Notes: generated by a model from the letters alone, not told the origin. Counted from the stretch's first letter, positions 1-9,403 are shown. The stretch is DNA of 64,000 nucleotides from Candidatus Saccharimonadales bacterium (GCA_035480715.1 DATIHL010000011.1:14722-78721); one strand, 5' to 3'. A program made the numbers and translations.

Positions 1-1
1 T

Positions 2-661
2 TGCAAGGATGAAGCCGTATTCGATGATATTTTTAATCTGTTTCGCAAAGTCGATGAACGCTTCAGCCCATTCAAAAAAGACAGTGAGTTTAGCAGTTAT
101 CGAAGAGGTGAAGTACCAGAGAAAACACTCAGCACTGAGATGAAAGCGGTGATAAAAGCCTGTAAAGAAGCAGAGGAATTCACCAAAGGTTATTTTTCTG
201 CCTGGTACAGCGATAAGTTCAATCCCTCAGGCTACGTTAAAGGCTGGGCTATCAAAAGAGCAGGCGATTTGCTAAAAAAGAAGGGTTTTAAAACTTTTTG
301 TATTGGAGCTGGTGGAGATATCTTGGCAAGTAGTTCAAGTCAAAAAAAGTGGCGGATCGGTTTGCAAGACCCTACCGACCGACAGAAAATACTTAACGTG
401 TTAAGTATTTCTAGTGGCGCGGTAGCGACAAGTGGAACGTATGAGCGCGGCGATCACATTATCAACCCTAAGACTGGCAAACCGACTAAGGAGCTATTAA
501 GTATTTCGGTGGTAGGTCCGGATATCATCACAGCAGACATTTTAGCTACCGCCGCCTTCGCCATGGGCAAAAAGGGAATCGACTTTATTGAAAAGCAAGA
601 TGACTACGAGGCACTCGCAGTAGATGACGCGGGTGCGATTTTTACAACAACCAGATTCTAG
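2..661 (+). CDS. apbE: FAD:protein FMN transferase (ApbE family), 5'-truncated by window edge
   Basis: Frame is open from nt 2 (…FRKVDERFSPFKKDSE…). Motifs GYVKGWA, GAGGDI, WRIGLQDP, AVATSGTYERG-HIINPKTG and ADILATA are typical of ApbE. Confidence 0.93.
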   Translation, partial: CKDEAVFDDIFNLFRKVDERFSPFKKDSEFSSYRRGEVPEKTLSTEMKAVIKACKEAEEFTKGYFSAWYSDKFNPSGYVKGWAIKRAGDLLKKKGFKTFCIGAGGDILASSSSQKKWRIGLQDPTDRQKILNVLSISSGAVATSGTYERGDHIINPKTGKPTKELLSISVVGPDIITADILATAAFAMGKKGIDFIEKQDDYEALAVDDAGAIFTTTRF

Positions 662-2208
662 CCGTAACCAGGGAAGTAATCAGTAATAATTTGGCGGTGC
701 GGTAGCCCCAGTTTTATCAATTCCTGCCGGGCTGTTTTTACAAAACCATAGGGGCCGGAGACATAAAACTGTCGCTCTTTATAGTCCGATATTGTCTTAC
801 CGATCAGCTCTTCATTAATTTGCCCAACAAAACCGGGCCAACCTTTGCTGGCCGATTCGGCGTTAGATATTACGTAGCCAGTTTTTAACCCAACCGATTT
901 AGCTTGTTTGAATAAATCGGTGAAGGCAAACTCCCTAAAATTGTTAGCGCTATAAAGCAGCACAGCGTTTCTTGGCTGCTGCGAATCAAGCAGATACTTT
1001 ATAATGCTGCGGAACGGCGTAATACCCACGCCGCCAGCAATAAAGGCCAATTTTTGGTTCGGATCCTTGGGCAAAACAAAAGAACCGGCTAAGTGTGTCG
1101 CCAACAAAGAGTCATCATCTTTAAACTGCATAAGGTGCTTTTTGAAGCTGCTCGTCGGACTAGGCATCTTAACGGTGAATCCCAGCTCTTTTTCGGTCGG
1201 CGAGGAAGAAATCGTAAAGTAACGGCGGTTACCCCGATTATCAGATTCACTTGATGGAATTGTCCATTCTAAGTACTGGCCTGGCTGAAAGTTCAAACTG
1301 TCTTTACCCGAAAAGGCAAAACTATAGATACCTTCAGCCTCTTGTCGTTTACCAACGAAATTTAACTTCAATCTTTTGTACGGCGCTATGATGTATGCAA
1401 ATGCATTACCTATAAGTAGTGCTTCCTCTGGCGGAATCCTTAGTTTAGTCACGCCATAGAGCACAGCCACCAAAGCCGAGTACGGTATGTAGTTAATCAG
1501 TTTATTGGGCGATGTTAGGGGCTCAGTCAGCATGATGTATGAAAAGAACAACAGTGGCGAGGCGGTCAAAGATACCCAAAGGTTGTGGGGAACTGAGCTG
1601 CCAGAATGCCGCATAGCTACGGTCACACCTAGAATAATCAGGTATATAACAATAAAAGTCGTCACCATAATGTAGCGTTTCATTTTCCGCATAATAAGCA
1701 AGCCGCCAACTAAAACAACTGGCGTCAGAATAGTTGTACCGACCCACCAGCTGGCGTAATGGTGAAAAACTAAACCAGATAGATAAGCACCGGTGGCCGC
1801 TGGATTGAATATATGCCTTTTACTGATAACCAAGACATATTTTGAGGCCATCGCAAACGATGCCGCCAATCCCAAGATTAAGAAGTCGTTCGCGGTGGTC
1901 GCTGGGCTCATAATCATTGACAAAATCAGGGCTGTGATAAGATCCGATTCGCTGTTTCTGGGCACATTCAATGAGTAACTTAGAAGAAAATTAACCCCCC
2001 GGCAGACAGCCATCAAAAACAGAGTCGATATAACAATGTCATACCAATGAAAAGCTATGCTTTTATGGCTTATAGCTCCGGCTAAGATTGCCCACCCAAC
2101 TAGTACATAAAGAAAGTATAAAACCAGCTTATACGAAGTTATTGGATCCAGAAGTCCATCGATAAAATCTAATATGCGCTGAGTCTGCAAGGATAACTTT
2201 TTTAGCAT
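658..2208 (-). CDS. Membrane oxidoreductase: NqrB/RnfD-like multi-TM domain fused to FNR-like FAD/NAD(P)-binding domain
   Basis: N-terminal ~270 aa are hydrophobic, with HIFNPAA and MLTEPLTSP (RnfD/NqrB-like). C-terminal part has RRYFTISS, IAGGVGITPF and YVSGP (FNR family). Confidence 0.85.
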   Translation of the reverse strand: MLKKLSLQTQRILDFIDGLLDPITSYKLVLYFLYVLVGWAILAGAISHKSIAFHWYDIVISTLFLMAVCRGVNFLLSYSLNVPRNSESDLITALILSMIMSPATTANDFLILGLAASFAMASKYVLVISKRHIFNPAATGAYLSGLVFHHYASWWVGTTILTPVVLVGGLLIMRKMKRYIMVTTFIVIYLIILGVTVAMRHSGSSVPHNLWVSLTASPLLFFSYIMLTEPLTSPNKLINYIPYSALVAVLYGVTKLRIPPEEALLIGNAFAYIIAPYKRLKLNFVGKRQEAEGIYSFAFSGKDSLNFQPGQYLEWTIPSSESDNRGNRRYFTISSSPTEKELGFTVKMPSPTSSFKKHLMQFKDDDSLLATHLAGSFVLPKDPNQKLAFIAGGVGITPFRSIIKYLLDSQQPRNAVLLYSANNFREFAFTDLFKQAKSVGLKTGYVISNAESASKGWPGFVGQINEELIGKTISDYKERQFYVSGPYGFVKTARQELIKLGLPHRQIITDYFPGYG

Positions 2209-2259
2209 GTTGCTTTAATCATAACAACAGCCGAGTCTGAAAAATACCTTAAAACCAGC

Positions 2260-3447
2260 TTATTTAGTGGTGCAAACGGGACAAGTCTCTTCAGATAAAT
2301 TCTCGGCTACCCAATGCTTTGACGCTGGCCACCACGGCTCAAGATCGTGATAGGCAACTAAATCAGCCACATTGCGTAAAATCCAGCCCATCCAGCCATA
2401 GATATGTACGTTGCCCCACTGAACAGCTGCCCAATGCGATCCCGCCGGCGTGACATAAACCGGCTTACGCGGCTTGTAGGGCCAGGGCTGTTTCCCAGAA
2501 GACAGCCTTTTAAGATTATTAGCTACAAATAAAGCGTCGTGCAGGGCCGTTTGAGCCATTCCCGAATAAGTTGTTTCGGCATTGTCGCCAATCACGTATA
2601 TATTTTCTTCGGCTTGCAGCAACTCATTAACGACTGCTTTTCCGTGCTCGCTCATATTAAATTCATTGGCCGATAAAAAAGGGTGGTTGGTAACACCGGC
2701 AGTCCAGACGACTGTGTGGCTGGCAATATTATGGCCGCTGACCATCAGACCTTCGGCTGTCTCGGCCTCAACCTTTTGGTTTAGATAGAGCTTTACACCG
2801 ATCCGCCGTAGCCTCTTTTGCAAGGCGATTGAATAGTGTTTGGGCATTCGGGAGGTTAATCTTGGCGTAGCCTCCACCAAGTCTACGTGAATGGTCTTTT
2901 TCGCCAACTTGTGCCGTTTCATAATATGTTTTAGATACGATGGCAACGCACCGGCCAGCTCAACGCCAGTTGGGCCGCCGCCAATAACTACATAATTTAA
3001 GTCGGGCTTGTGTTCATCGAGCATTATTTCGTGCAAATGATCGCGTAGTTCCTGAGCGTCTTCGAGTGTTTTGATGCCGTAGGAATATTCCTTAAGACCC
3101 TTAATACCAAAATAATTCGTGATGACTCCCAATGCCACTATCAATGTATCGTAGCTATAGCTTTTGCCCGAAGCGCACTTTACTTTTTTAGAGTCTCTAT
3201 CGATTTTTTTGGCGCTGTCTTTAACGATTTTTAGATCTTTGCCGGCAAAAATTTCACTCAACGGAATAGAGGAAGCTAAGGCGCTGCCGCCGGTGGCAGC
3301 GTGGTAGAGGGTAGGGTAATAGCGGAAGTTTTCCTGGTCAGATATCAGCGTCACTGAAAAGTGTGGATGATCAGCCAGCTCGAGCGCAGCCTTAACTCCG
3401 CCAAATCCACCACCTATAATTAAGACTTTCTGTTTTTCGGATGCCAT
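2260..3447 (-). CDS. ndh: Type II NADH dehydrogenase-like FAD-dependent oxidoreductase
   Basis: GGGFGG, YDTLIVALG, second dinucleotide motif GGGPTGVELAG, WTAGV, YVIGD, AQTA. ATG at 3447 is preferred over TTG at 3456. Confidence 0.85.
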   Translation of the reverse strand: MASEKQKVLIIGGGFGGVKAALELADHPHFSVTLISDQENFRYYPTLYHAATGGSALASSIPLSEIFAGKDLKIVKDSAKKIDRDSKKVKCASGKSYSYDTLIVALGVITNYFGIKGLKEYSYGIKTLEDAQELRDHLHEIMLDEHKPDLNYVVIGGGPTGVELAGALPSYLKHIMKRHKLAKKTIHVDLVEATPRLTSRMPKHYSIALQKRLRRIGVKLYLNQKVEAETAEGLMVSGHNIASHTVVWTAGVTNHPFLSANEFNMSEHGKAVVNELLQAEENIYVIGDNAETTYSGMAQTALHDALFVANNLKRLSSGKQPWPYKPRKPVYVTPAGSHWAAVQWGNVHIYGWMGWILRNVADLVAYHDLEPWWPASKHWVAENLSEETCPVCTTK

Positions 3448-3597
3448 TAAAAACAAGTTTAACCTAAAATGCTAATGCTAGCTACAGGCACCCTAGCAGG
3501 AGGAGCAAATTACTTAACAAGTCAAGCAATTTAATTTTGCATAGCTTCATCAGCTATGATTAAATGTGCTCAAGTAGACTAAGTTAGAGGGAGTTAT

Positions 3598-5055
3598 ATG
3601 GTGGCCAAAGCCAAAAGAGAATTATCTAGACACTCAGAAAATAAATGGGTAATCCTGGCTCTGCTAACTTTAGCTCAGTTCATGGTGATCCTGGATATCG
3701 CCATCGTAAATGTGGCCCTGCCTTCAATTAATCGAGAACTACACTTTGCTCCCGGAAACTTGCAGTGGGTTATCACGGCATACACCCTAACTTTTGGAGG
3801 CTTTCTACTGCTTGGTGGCCGCGCTTCAGACTTGTACGGACGACGGAAAATTTTTATAGGCGCAGTTAGTTTTTTCGCTCTGGCATCACTAGCTTGCGGG
3901 CTGGCTCAATCAGAGACTATGCTTATTCTTACCAGAGCCGTACAGGGCTTAGCCGCAGCCATTATGTCGCCCGCGGCATTATCGATCGTTCTTTCTGAAT
4001 TTGAAGAAGGCAAAGATCGCAACACAGCCATGGGAATTTGGGCGGCAGTATCTGCTGGCGGTGCCGCAGCTGGTTTACTTTTAGGCGGTGTCCTAACTCA
4101 GTATCTCAGTTGGCGCTGGAATTTCTTCGTTAATGTACCGGTTGGTGTTGTTGTGGTTTTTGCCGCTTTGCGTCTGTTGCCACACCAAATAGGCGAGGAG
4201 AGTAAGAAACCCAAACTCGATTTACCCGGTGCCGCATCGGCTACAGCTGGCTTGATGGGTATAGTCTATGGCCTTTCCAAGGCGCCGAATAATGGTTGGG
4301 GCTCAACTACTGTTTGGGGTTTCATCGCCGCCGGCATAGCGCTATTAATCTTCTTCGTCTGGAATGAGAAGCGGGCCGATCAACCCCTAATGCCACTAGA
4401 AATCTTCAAAATCCGTAACTTGGCGGGAGCTAACGCAGCTTTCCTGGTAATCTCTTGTACTATGTTTTCGATGTTCTTCTTCATGACGCTGTACGTCCAA
4501 ACAGTGCTGCATTACTCGCCGGTTAAGGCCGGTATTAGCTTCCTGCCGGTGACTCTGATTATTGCCATCGTTTCCGGCATTGTCGCCAACCTGGTAGCTA
4601 AAATTGGCTATAAGCCGCCTTTGAATCTTGGGCCGGTGGTTTTAGCCCTAGGTCTGTTCTTGATAATGCACACTATGAAGGTCGGCGGCAATTACTGGCA
4701 CAACGTCTTTCCAGGCCTGGCTACCGCGGCGGCTGGCATGGGCTTGACATTTGTTTCCGGTACTCTGGCGGCTACTTCTGGAGTGCCAAAACACTTCTCT
4801 GGACTGGCCTCGGGCATATTAAACACGTCTCAGCAGGTCGGCGGAGCAATTGGCCTAGCTATCCTCTCGGCGGTAGCGTTCTCGACCGTTAAGGCAGAAG
4901 TATCAGCCGGAGGACCAGCAGAATATGCTAAGGTGCATGGCTATCAAGCAGGGCTTTCAGTTGGTATCGGATTAGCAATAGCGGCTGCGGTGGTGGTCTT
5001 CTTTGTGGTCAAGAATCATAAGGTTGATGCCAGCGAAGCTATGATAGCTGGCTAG
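3598..5055 (+). CDS. MFS drug/H+ antiporter, DHA2 (EmrB/QacA) family
   Basis: LDIAIVNVALPSI, GGRASDLYGRR, WRWNFFVNVP; about 14 TM segments; GGGAG SD-like sequence upstream. Confidence 0.92.
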   Translation: MVAKAKRELSRHSENKWVILALLTLAQFMVILDIAIVNVALPSINRELHFAPGNLQWVITAYTLTFGGFLLLGGRASDLYGRRKIFIGAVSFFALASLACGLAQSETMLILTRAVQGLAAAIMSPAALSIVLSEFEEGKDRNTAMGIWAAVSAGGAAAGLLLGGVLTQYLSWRWNFFVNVPVGVVVVFAALRLLPHQIGEESKKPKLDLPGAASATAGLMGIVYGLSKAPNNGWGSTTVWGFIAAGIALLIFFVWNEKRADQPLMPLEIFKIRNLAGANAAFLVISCTMFSMFFFMTLYVQTVLHYSPVKAGISFLPVTLIIAIVSGIVANLVAKIGYKPPLNLGPVVLALGLFLIMHTMKVGGNYWHNVFPGLATAAAGMGLTFVSGTLAATSGVPKHFSGLASGILNTSQQVGGAIGLAILSAVAFSTVKAEVSAGGPAEYAKVHGYQAGLSVGIGLAIAAAVVVFFVVKNHKVDASEAMIAG

Positions 5056-5474
5056 GTCGCTCTTCGTTTGCAATCGGCACACAATCCGTAAATTTCTAAT
5101 TGGTGACCGCGAGGCGCAAAATCGGATTTAGCCGCAACTGTGTCTATCATTGTTTCCAGCATGGCGTTTGGCTCTAGGCTGAATGTTGTGCCGCAATTAG
5201 TGCAGTGGAAGTGATGGTGGTGGCCTTGAAAGACGTCGCTGAGTTCGTATTTATACTTCCAGCCGATATTAAGTCGTTGTACAATACCTAGCTGCTCGAA
5301 TAGCTGAAGAGTTCTATAAACTGTGGCGCGGTCGACTTTATCCTTGGCTCGTCCGACTATAACCTGCATGCTTTGTGGCTTTTGGTTTAAAAGTAGATCA
5401 AACACAGCCTTGCGGGGCTTAGTCAGGCTAGATTGATTCTTCTTGAGGAGGACCTTAAGAGTTTTGTAATGCAT
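5052..5474 (-). CDS. Fur family transcriptional regulator (probably Zur-like)
   Basis: ATVYRTL helix, HHHHFHCTNCG and C-terminal CADC; divergent from a ZIP transporter. Confidence 0.9.
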   Translation of the reverse strand: MHYKTLKVLLKKNQSSLTKPRKAVFDLLLNQKPQSMQVIVGRAKDKVDRATVYRTLQLFEQLGIVQRLNIGWKYKYELSDVFQGHHHHFHCTNCGTTFSLEPNAMLETMIDTVAAKSDFAPRGHQLEIYGLCADCKRRAT

Positions 5475-5497
5475 TTCTATATCAATTTTACCAAAAA

Positions 5498-5514
5498 TTG
5501 CGACAAATTTGCAA
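5498..5514. promoter_or_regulatory. Candidate Fur/Zur operator TTGCGA-N5-TTGCAA
   Basis: Imperfect palindrome in the 70-bp divergent gap between the fur-family gene and the ZIP gene. Confidence 0.5.
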
Positions 5515-5544
5515 AACGTACTTGGCGAGAGCTAGAATCGGCTC

Positions 5545-6270
5545 ATGGTAGTTTTTCTTCTGACAGTGGTCGCTTCGATAGCGGCATTGCTGGGCGGTTA
5601 TGCAGCGTTGAAAAGTCAACGGTGGCTCAACCTAGCATTATCTTTAACTTCCGGGTTAGTTTTGGGGCTTGTAACGTTTGATCTGCTACCGGAAATCTTT
5701 GACATTACCCAATCTGAAAAGTTGGATACAGTTTGGCCGATGATCGCCTTGACTACTGGGTTTTTATTATTCCACTTGTTCGAGAAATTCGTTCCATTGC
5801 ACCAGGCAAGCGAAGACCAATACAGTCCGCATCGTCATCCTCGATTGGGTACTGCTCGAGCTGTAGCTCTTTCTGGGCACAGTTTTTTAGATGGGTTGAG
5901 TATTGGCGTTGGCTTTCAAGTTAGCGCAGCAGTAGGAACGGCGGTGGCAATTGCTGTCATCGGACACCGATTTGCTGACGGCTTTGATACGACTACCTTT
6001 ATGTTGTTTCATCGAAACAAGATAACACATATTAAAAAGTGGCTGGCAGTTGTTATTCTTATGCCGATTATCGGTGGTTTGGCGAGCTTGGCTTTTTCTT
6101 TGTCAGAATCAGCGCTGGCCATTTATCTGGGATTTTTCGCCGGTTTTATATTTTACATTGGTGCTAGTAATATTTTGCCGCAAGCCCACTCCGCCGGGTC
6201 TTCGCGAAAAACTATTGGCCTGACTGTTTTGGGTGTTGTCTTTATATTCATCGTCACCAGATTCGCATAG
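5545..6270 (+). CDS. ZIP family divalent metal (Zn) transporter
   Basis: FDLLPE, HSFLDG, GHRFADG, ILPQAH motifs; His-containing loop; multiple TM segments. Confidence 0.88.
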   Translation: MVVFLLTVVASIAALLGGYAALKSQRWLNLALSLTSGLVLGLVTFDLLPEIFDITQSEKLDTVWPMIALTTGFLLFHLFEKFVPLHQASEDQYSPHRHPRLGTARAVALSGHSFLDGLSIGVGFQVSAAVGTAVAIAVIGHRFADGFDTTTFMLFHRNKITHIKKWLAVVILMPIIGGLASLAFSLSESALAIYLGFFAGFIFYIGASNILPQAHSAGSSRKTIGLTVLGVVFIFIVTRFA

Positions 6271-6286
6271 AAGGTATAATTAAAAC

Positions 6287-7351
6287 ATGATAGTGGCGGT
6301 AATTATTTTGGGAGTTCTGTGTTTGGCGCTAGGTGCATTTGTTCTATGGACGTTAACCAGCCGTAACGATACTAATTCTGATGCCACAATGTTATTAAAG
6401 GCTGATATGACGGAGCTGACTAAATCTATGGGACAACTGCAACAAGGCTTGCAGAAGCAGCTTACAGAGCAGCTAGGTACCAGTAACAAACAAATGGCTG
6501 CCCAATTCCAAGCCAGCGCTAAAATAATTGCCGATGTAACCCAAAAGCTCACAGAGTTAGATCGTACAAACAAAAGTGTAGGCGATGTGGCGGCCGAGCT
6601 TAAAACGCTGCAAAACGTTCTGCAGAATCCAAAACAACGCGGCGTGTTAGGTGAGTATTACTTGGAGCAAATTCTTAAAGACATGCTACCTCCGGGATCA
6701 TTTACCCTTCAATACAAACTTGGAGAAGGCGTGGTAGTAGACGCAGTCGTTAAACTGGATAACATGCTGTTGCCAATAGATAGCAAATTCTCTCTGGAAA
6801 ATTATAATCGATTGGTCGAAGCTAAAGCCGAAGACCGTCCAGCACTAGAAAAGGCCTTCAAGGAAGATCTTAAAAAACGTATAGATGAAACCGCTAAATA
6901 TATAAAACAAAATAAAGGCACGCTGGACCAAGCTTTAATGTTTATTCCAAGTGAAGCAATTTACTATGATTTACTAGCTAATAAGATTGGCCTGGGTGGA
7001 GTGAGTGGCCGCAACTTAATGCATTATGCGGCCGCCGAGAAAAAAGTCACCATCGTTGGTCCTAGTACATTGGCGGCAATGCTACAGATTATCGTCCAAG
7101 GTCTGCGGTCATTAGAAATTCATCAAGACACAGAGAAAATTCGCAAGAATATCGAACAGCTTAGTAAGCACTTACTGGCGCATAACGTCTATATGAACAA
7201 ATTAGGTGTGAGTTTGGGAACGACAGTGGGTCACTATAATGCGACCTATAAAGAGCTGGGTAAAATAGACAAAGATGTAGTCAAAATCGCCGATGCCACA
7301 CCTTCTGTCGACCCCATGCTTATCGATCGCCCAAATTTGGAAGATGATTAA
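6287..7351 (+). CDS. rmuC: DNA recombination protein RmuC
   Basis: N-terminal TM and coiled coil, KQRGVLGE, PIDSKF, MFIPSEAIY. Confidence 0.92.
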   Translation: MIVAVIILGVLCLALGAFVLWTLTSRNDTNSDATMLLKADMTELTKSMGQLQQGLQKQLTEQLGTSNKQMAAQFQASAKIIADVTQKLTELDRTNKSVGDVAAELKTLQNVLQNPKQRGVLGEYYLEQILKDMLPPGSFTLQYKLGEGVVVDAVVKLDNMLLPIDSKFSLENYNRLVEAKAEDRPALEKAFKEDLKKRIDETAKYIKQNKGTLDQALMFIPSEAIYYDLLANKIGLGGVSGRNLMHYAAAEKKVTIVGPSTLAAMLQIIVQGLRSLEIHQDTEKIRKNIEQLSKHLLAHNVYMNKLGVSLGTTVGHYNATYKELGKIDKDVVKIADATPSVDPMLIDRPNLEDD

Positions 7352-7363
7352 TTTGAAAAATGG

Positions 7364-7963
7364 CTATTCGGGAATTTGTCCCGGAGGGTAGTTTAATGAT
7401 ATACCTCCTAGATATCTTCCGCCGTCAGGTCCCATCCGGCCGTCATCCAGGCCGCTTCCTATAGCCCAATCCTCTCCACTAAGATAAAAACCTACATAAC
7501 GAGGTTCTTGGAAATGTGATGGTCGTTCGGTTATTCTTTCAAGGAGAACGGCAGAATTTACTTCATCGGCACCGCTTCGTATTAAATGATCTTTCAAAAA
7601 ATGTATTGTTTCACCCCTATCCCGGATATCTTCTAAAACTATTACGTTCTCGCCCTCCAGACTTATATCTGGTTGGAGATCTTCCTTAATGTAGGGTTTT
7701 CTCAATGTCCCATCGGAATTATCCGTGCTAATACGAATCGTAGCTAGTCTGGGGCGAAATTCAGGATCTTGTAATACTATTTCTCGAATCAGGACTCCGC
7801 TGAAATAAGTTGCTCCGTTTCGTACCGTTAAGAATAATGGATTTTTGCCTGTATAATCTCTCCTCACCTCTATTGCCATAAAGGAAATCCGCCCCTCAAC
7901 TTCTTGCCGAGTTAATATTTGCTCTTTAAAAAAAGGATTGGTGAGCTCGCCGCTGCTAGACAT
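7364..7963 (-). CDS. Divergent type I phosphoribosyltransferase (HPRT-like)
   Basis: VIVLEDIRDRGET PRPP loop, YVGF…WAIGSGLD…GRYL, and HPRT-like size and layout. Confidence 0.72.
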   Translation of the reverse strand: MSSSGELTNPFFKEQILTRQEVEGRISFMAIEVRRDYTGKNPLFLTVRNGATYFSGVLIREIVLQDPEFRPRLATIRISTDNSDGTLRKPYIKEDLQPDISLEGENVIVLEDIRDRGETIHFLKDHLIRSGADEVNSAVLLERITERPSHFQEPRYVGFYLSGEDWAIGSGLDDGRMGPDGGRYLGGISLNYPPGQIPE

Positions 7964-8022
7964 TTTACTCCGTTTATAACCTAATAATATTCCAAAAATA
8001 AACCATTACCAAGCGCAAAGCG

Positions 8023-9336
8023 TTATTTTAAGAGATCTATGGTTAAAGCGGCGGTCCAGCTGAAGTTGCTGGCACCACCCGGAATTCCGTCAATCGGGCT
8101 GAAGTACTCGTTCATGCCACTTTTAGCTACTAGTTCGAGTGTTTGTTCGTGTAGCAATTTAGCTTCATCATCGAAGCCGTAACTTTTTAGACCCTCTATG
8201 ATTAGCCAGTTGGTATTTACCCAAGTTGGACCTTGCCAGTATCGCAGTGGATCAAAAAAGTCCGAGCTTTGTGGGACACTCGGCACCGGCCATCTTAACC
8301 CAAATTCCTTCTTAGACTTTAGAAGTTTTACCAAATGCTCAGCTCGCTCATGTGAAGTATTGCCGGCATAAAGAGGCAACAATGTTGCGATACTCGGTTC
8401 CTCGATCAGTTTATGGCTGACAAAGCTGCGGCTATAGTATTGGCCGGTGCGTTCGTCCCAAAGTTGCTCCAATGCGGACTCGGTTTTGGCCATTTTTTGT
8501 ATTAGATCATCTGGCAGTCTATGGCCAATGTCCTTAGCGATTGTTTTTAAATGGGCGTTGCCACGAATCAAAATGCAATTAAATGCCAGATCCTCTACTG
8601 CGAATAAGGAGCGGCTTAAAATAGCTTCGGAATTATAGGCTTTGCGCCTCAATCGTCGCATAGCCGCCCAATAAGCCATAGCTTCTATATTACTCATACG
8701 CTGGCCTGGTGGCACATGTCTTGTATCACGTCTAACCAAATTGGCCACCCCGTCCAGATGTAATCTCTCAATAAGTCTTACCCAAAGCGGCATGCTATGC
8801 TTGCGGAGCTCGCTAATCCATGGTGGAGTATTGTCCAGACCACATTCGTAAGGATGAAGGAGAATTATTAATCCTTCTTTATGCGGATCGCGATTGGCGT
8901 AGAGCCACTCATGATGGCGCAGTAAGCCGGAGTACATTTCGCGGTACCAAGTGCGCCGTTCGGGCATTTTAAGCTTTTGGCCGATTTGCACTACGGCTTC
9001 GGCTATCATGGGCGGCTGTGTGATACCGGAGGTAGCAATATCATGTGGGGCATGCGGGCTCAGATAAGATCGCTCGCGCTCTCTGGGTTTTTTGTCATCA
9101 GCACTTAAGTCGAATATCATGTGCGGAATCATTCCGTTACTCCATTGGCCGCGCAGTAAGCTTTTTAATTCCGTTTGTGCACGTTCAATATCTAGATGGC
9201 GAAGTCCAATAGCAATAAAGCAGCTGTCCCACAGCCACTGGTGCGGATACAAATCACCCGCCGGTACCGTCCATTTGCCTCGATCATTTTGTTTCAAGAC
9301 TTTTTGAGCTTTCTCTAAGAGCTCGACCTCATTCAT
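8023..9336 (-). CDS. (alpha/alpha)6 glycoside hydrolase, GH63/MGH1-like (glucosylglycerate/mannosylglycerate hydrolase or trehalase-like)
   Basis: YPHQWLWDS, TQPP, ECGLDN, YWQGPTWVNTNW, EYFSP, FSWTAA. Confidence 0.85.
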   Translation of the reverse strand: MNEVELLEKAQKVLKQNDRGKWTVPAGDLYPHQWLWDSCFIAIGLRHLDIERAQTELKSLLRGQWSNGMIPHMIFDLSADDKKPRERERSYLSPHAPHDIATSGITQPPMIAEAVVQIGQKLKMPERRTWYREMYSGLLRHHEWLYANRDPHKEGLIILLHPYECGLDNTPPWISELRKHSMPLWVRLIERLHLDGVANLVRRDTRHVPPGQRMSNIEAMAYWAAMRRLRRKAYNSEAILSRSLFAVEDLAFNCILIRGNAHLKTIAKDIGHRLPDDLIQKMAKTESALEQLWDERTGQYYSRSFVSHKLIEEPSIATLLPLYAGNTSHERAEHLVKLLKSKKEFGLRWPVPSVPQSSDFFDPLRYWQGPTWVNTNWLIIEGLKSYGFDDEAKLLHEQTLELVAKSGMNEYFSPIDGIPGGASNFSWTAALTIDLLK

Positions 9337-9403
9337 ATTGCTTAAGTATAACTCTACTCGTTAGTAGTGAGTAGAGGGGATAAATTGTTATACTAATGAC
9401 AAG

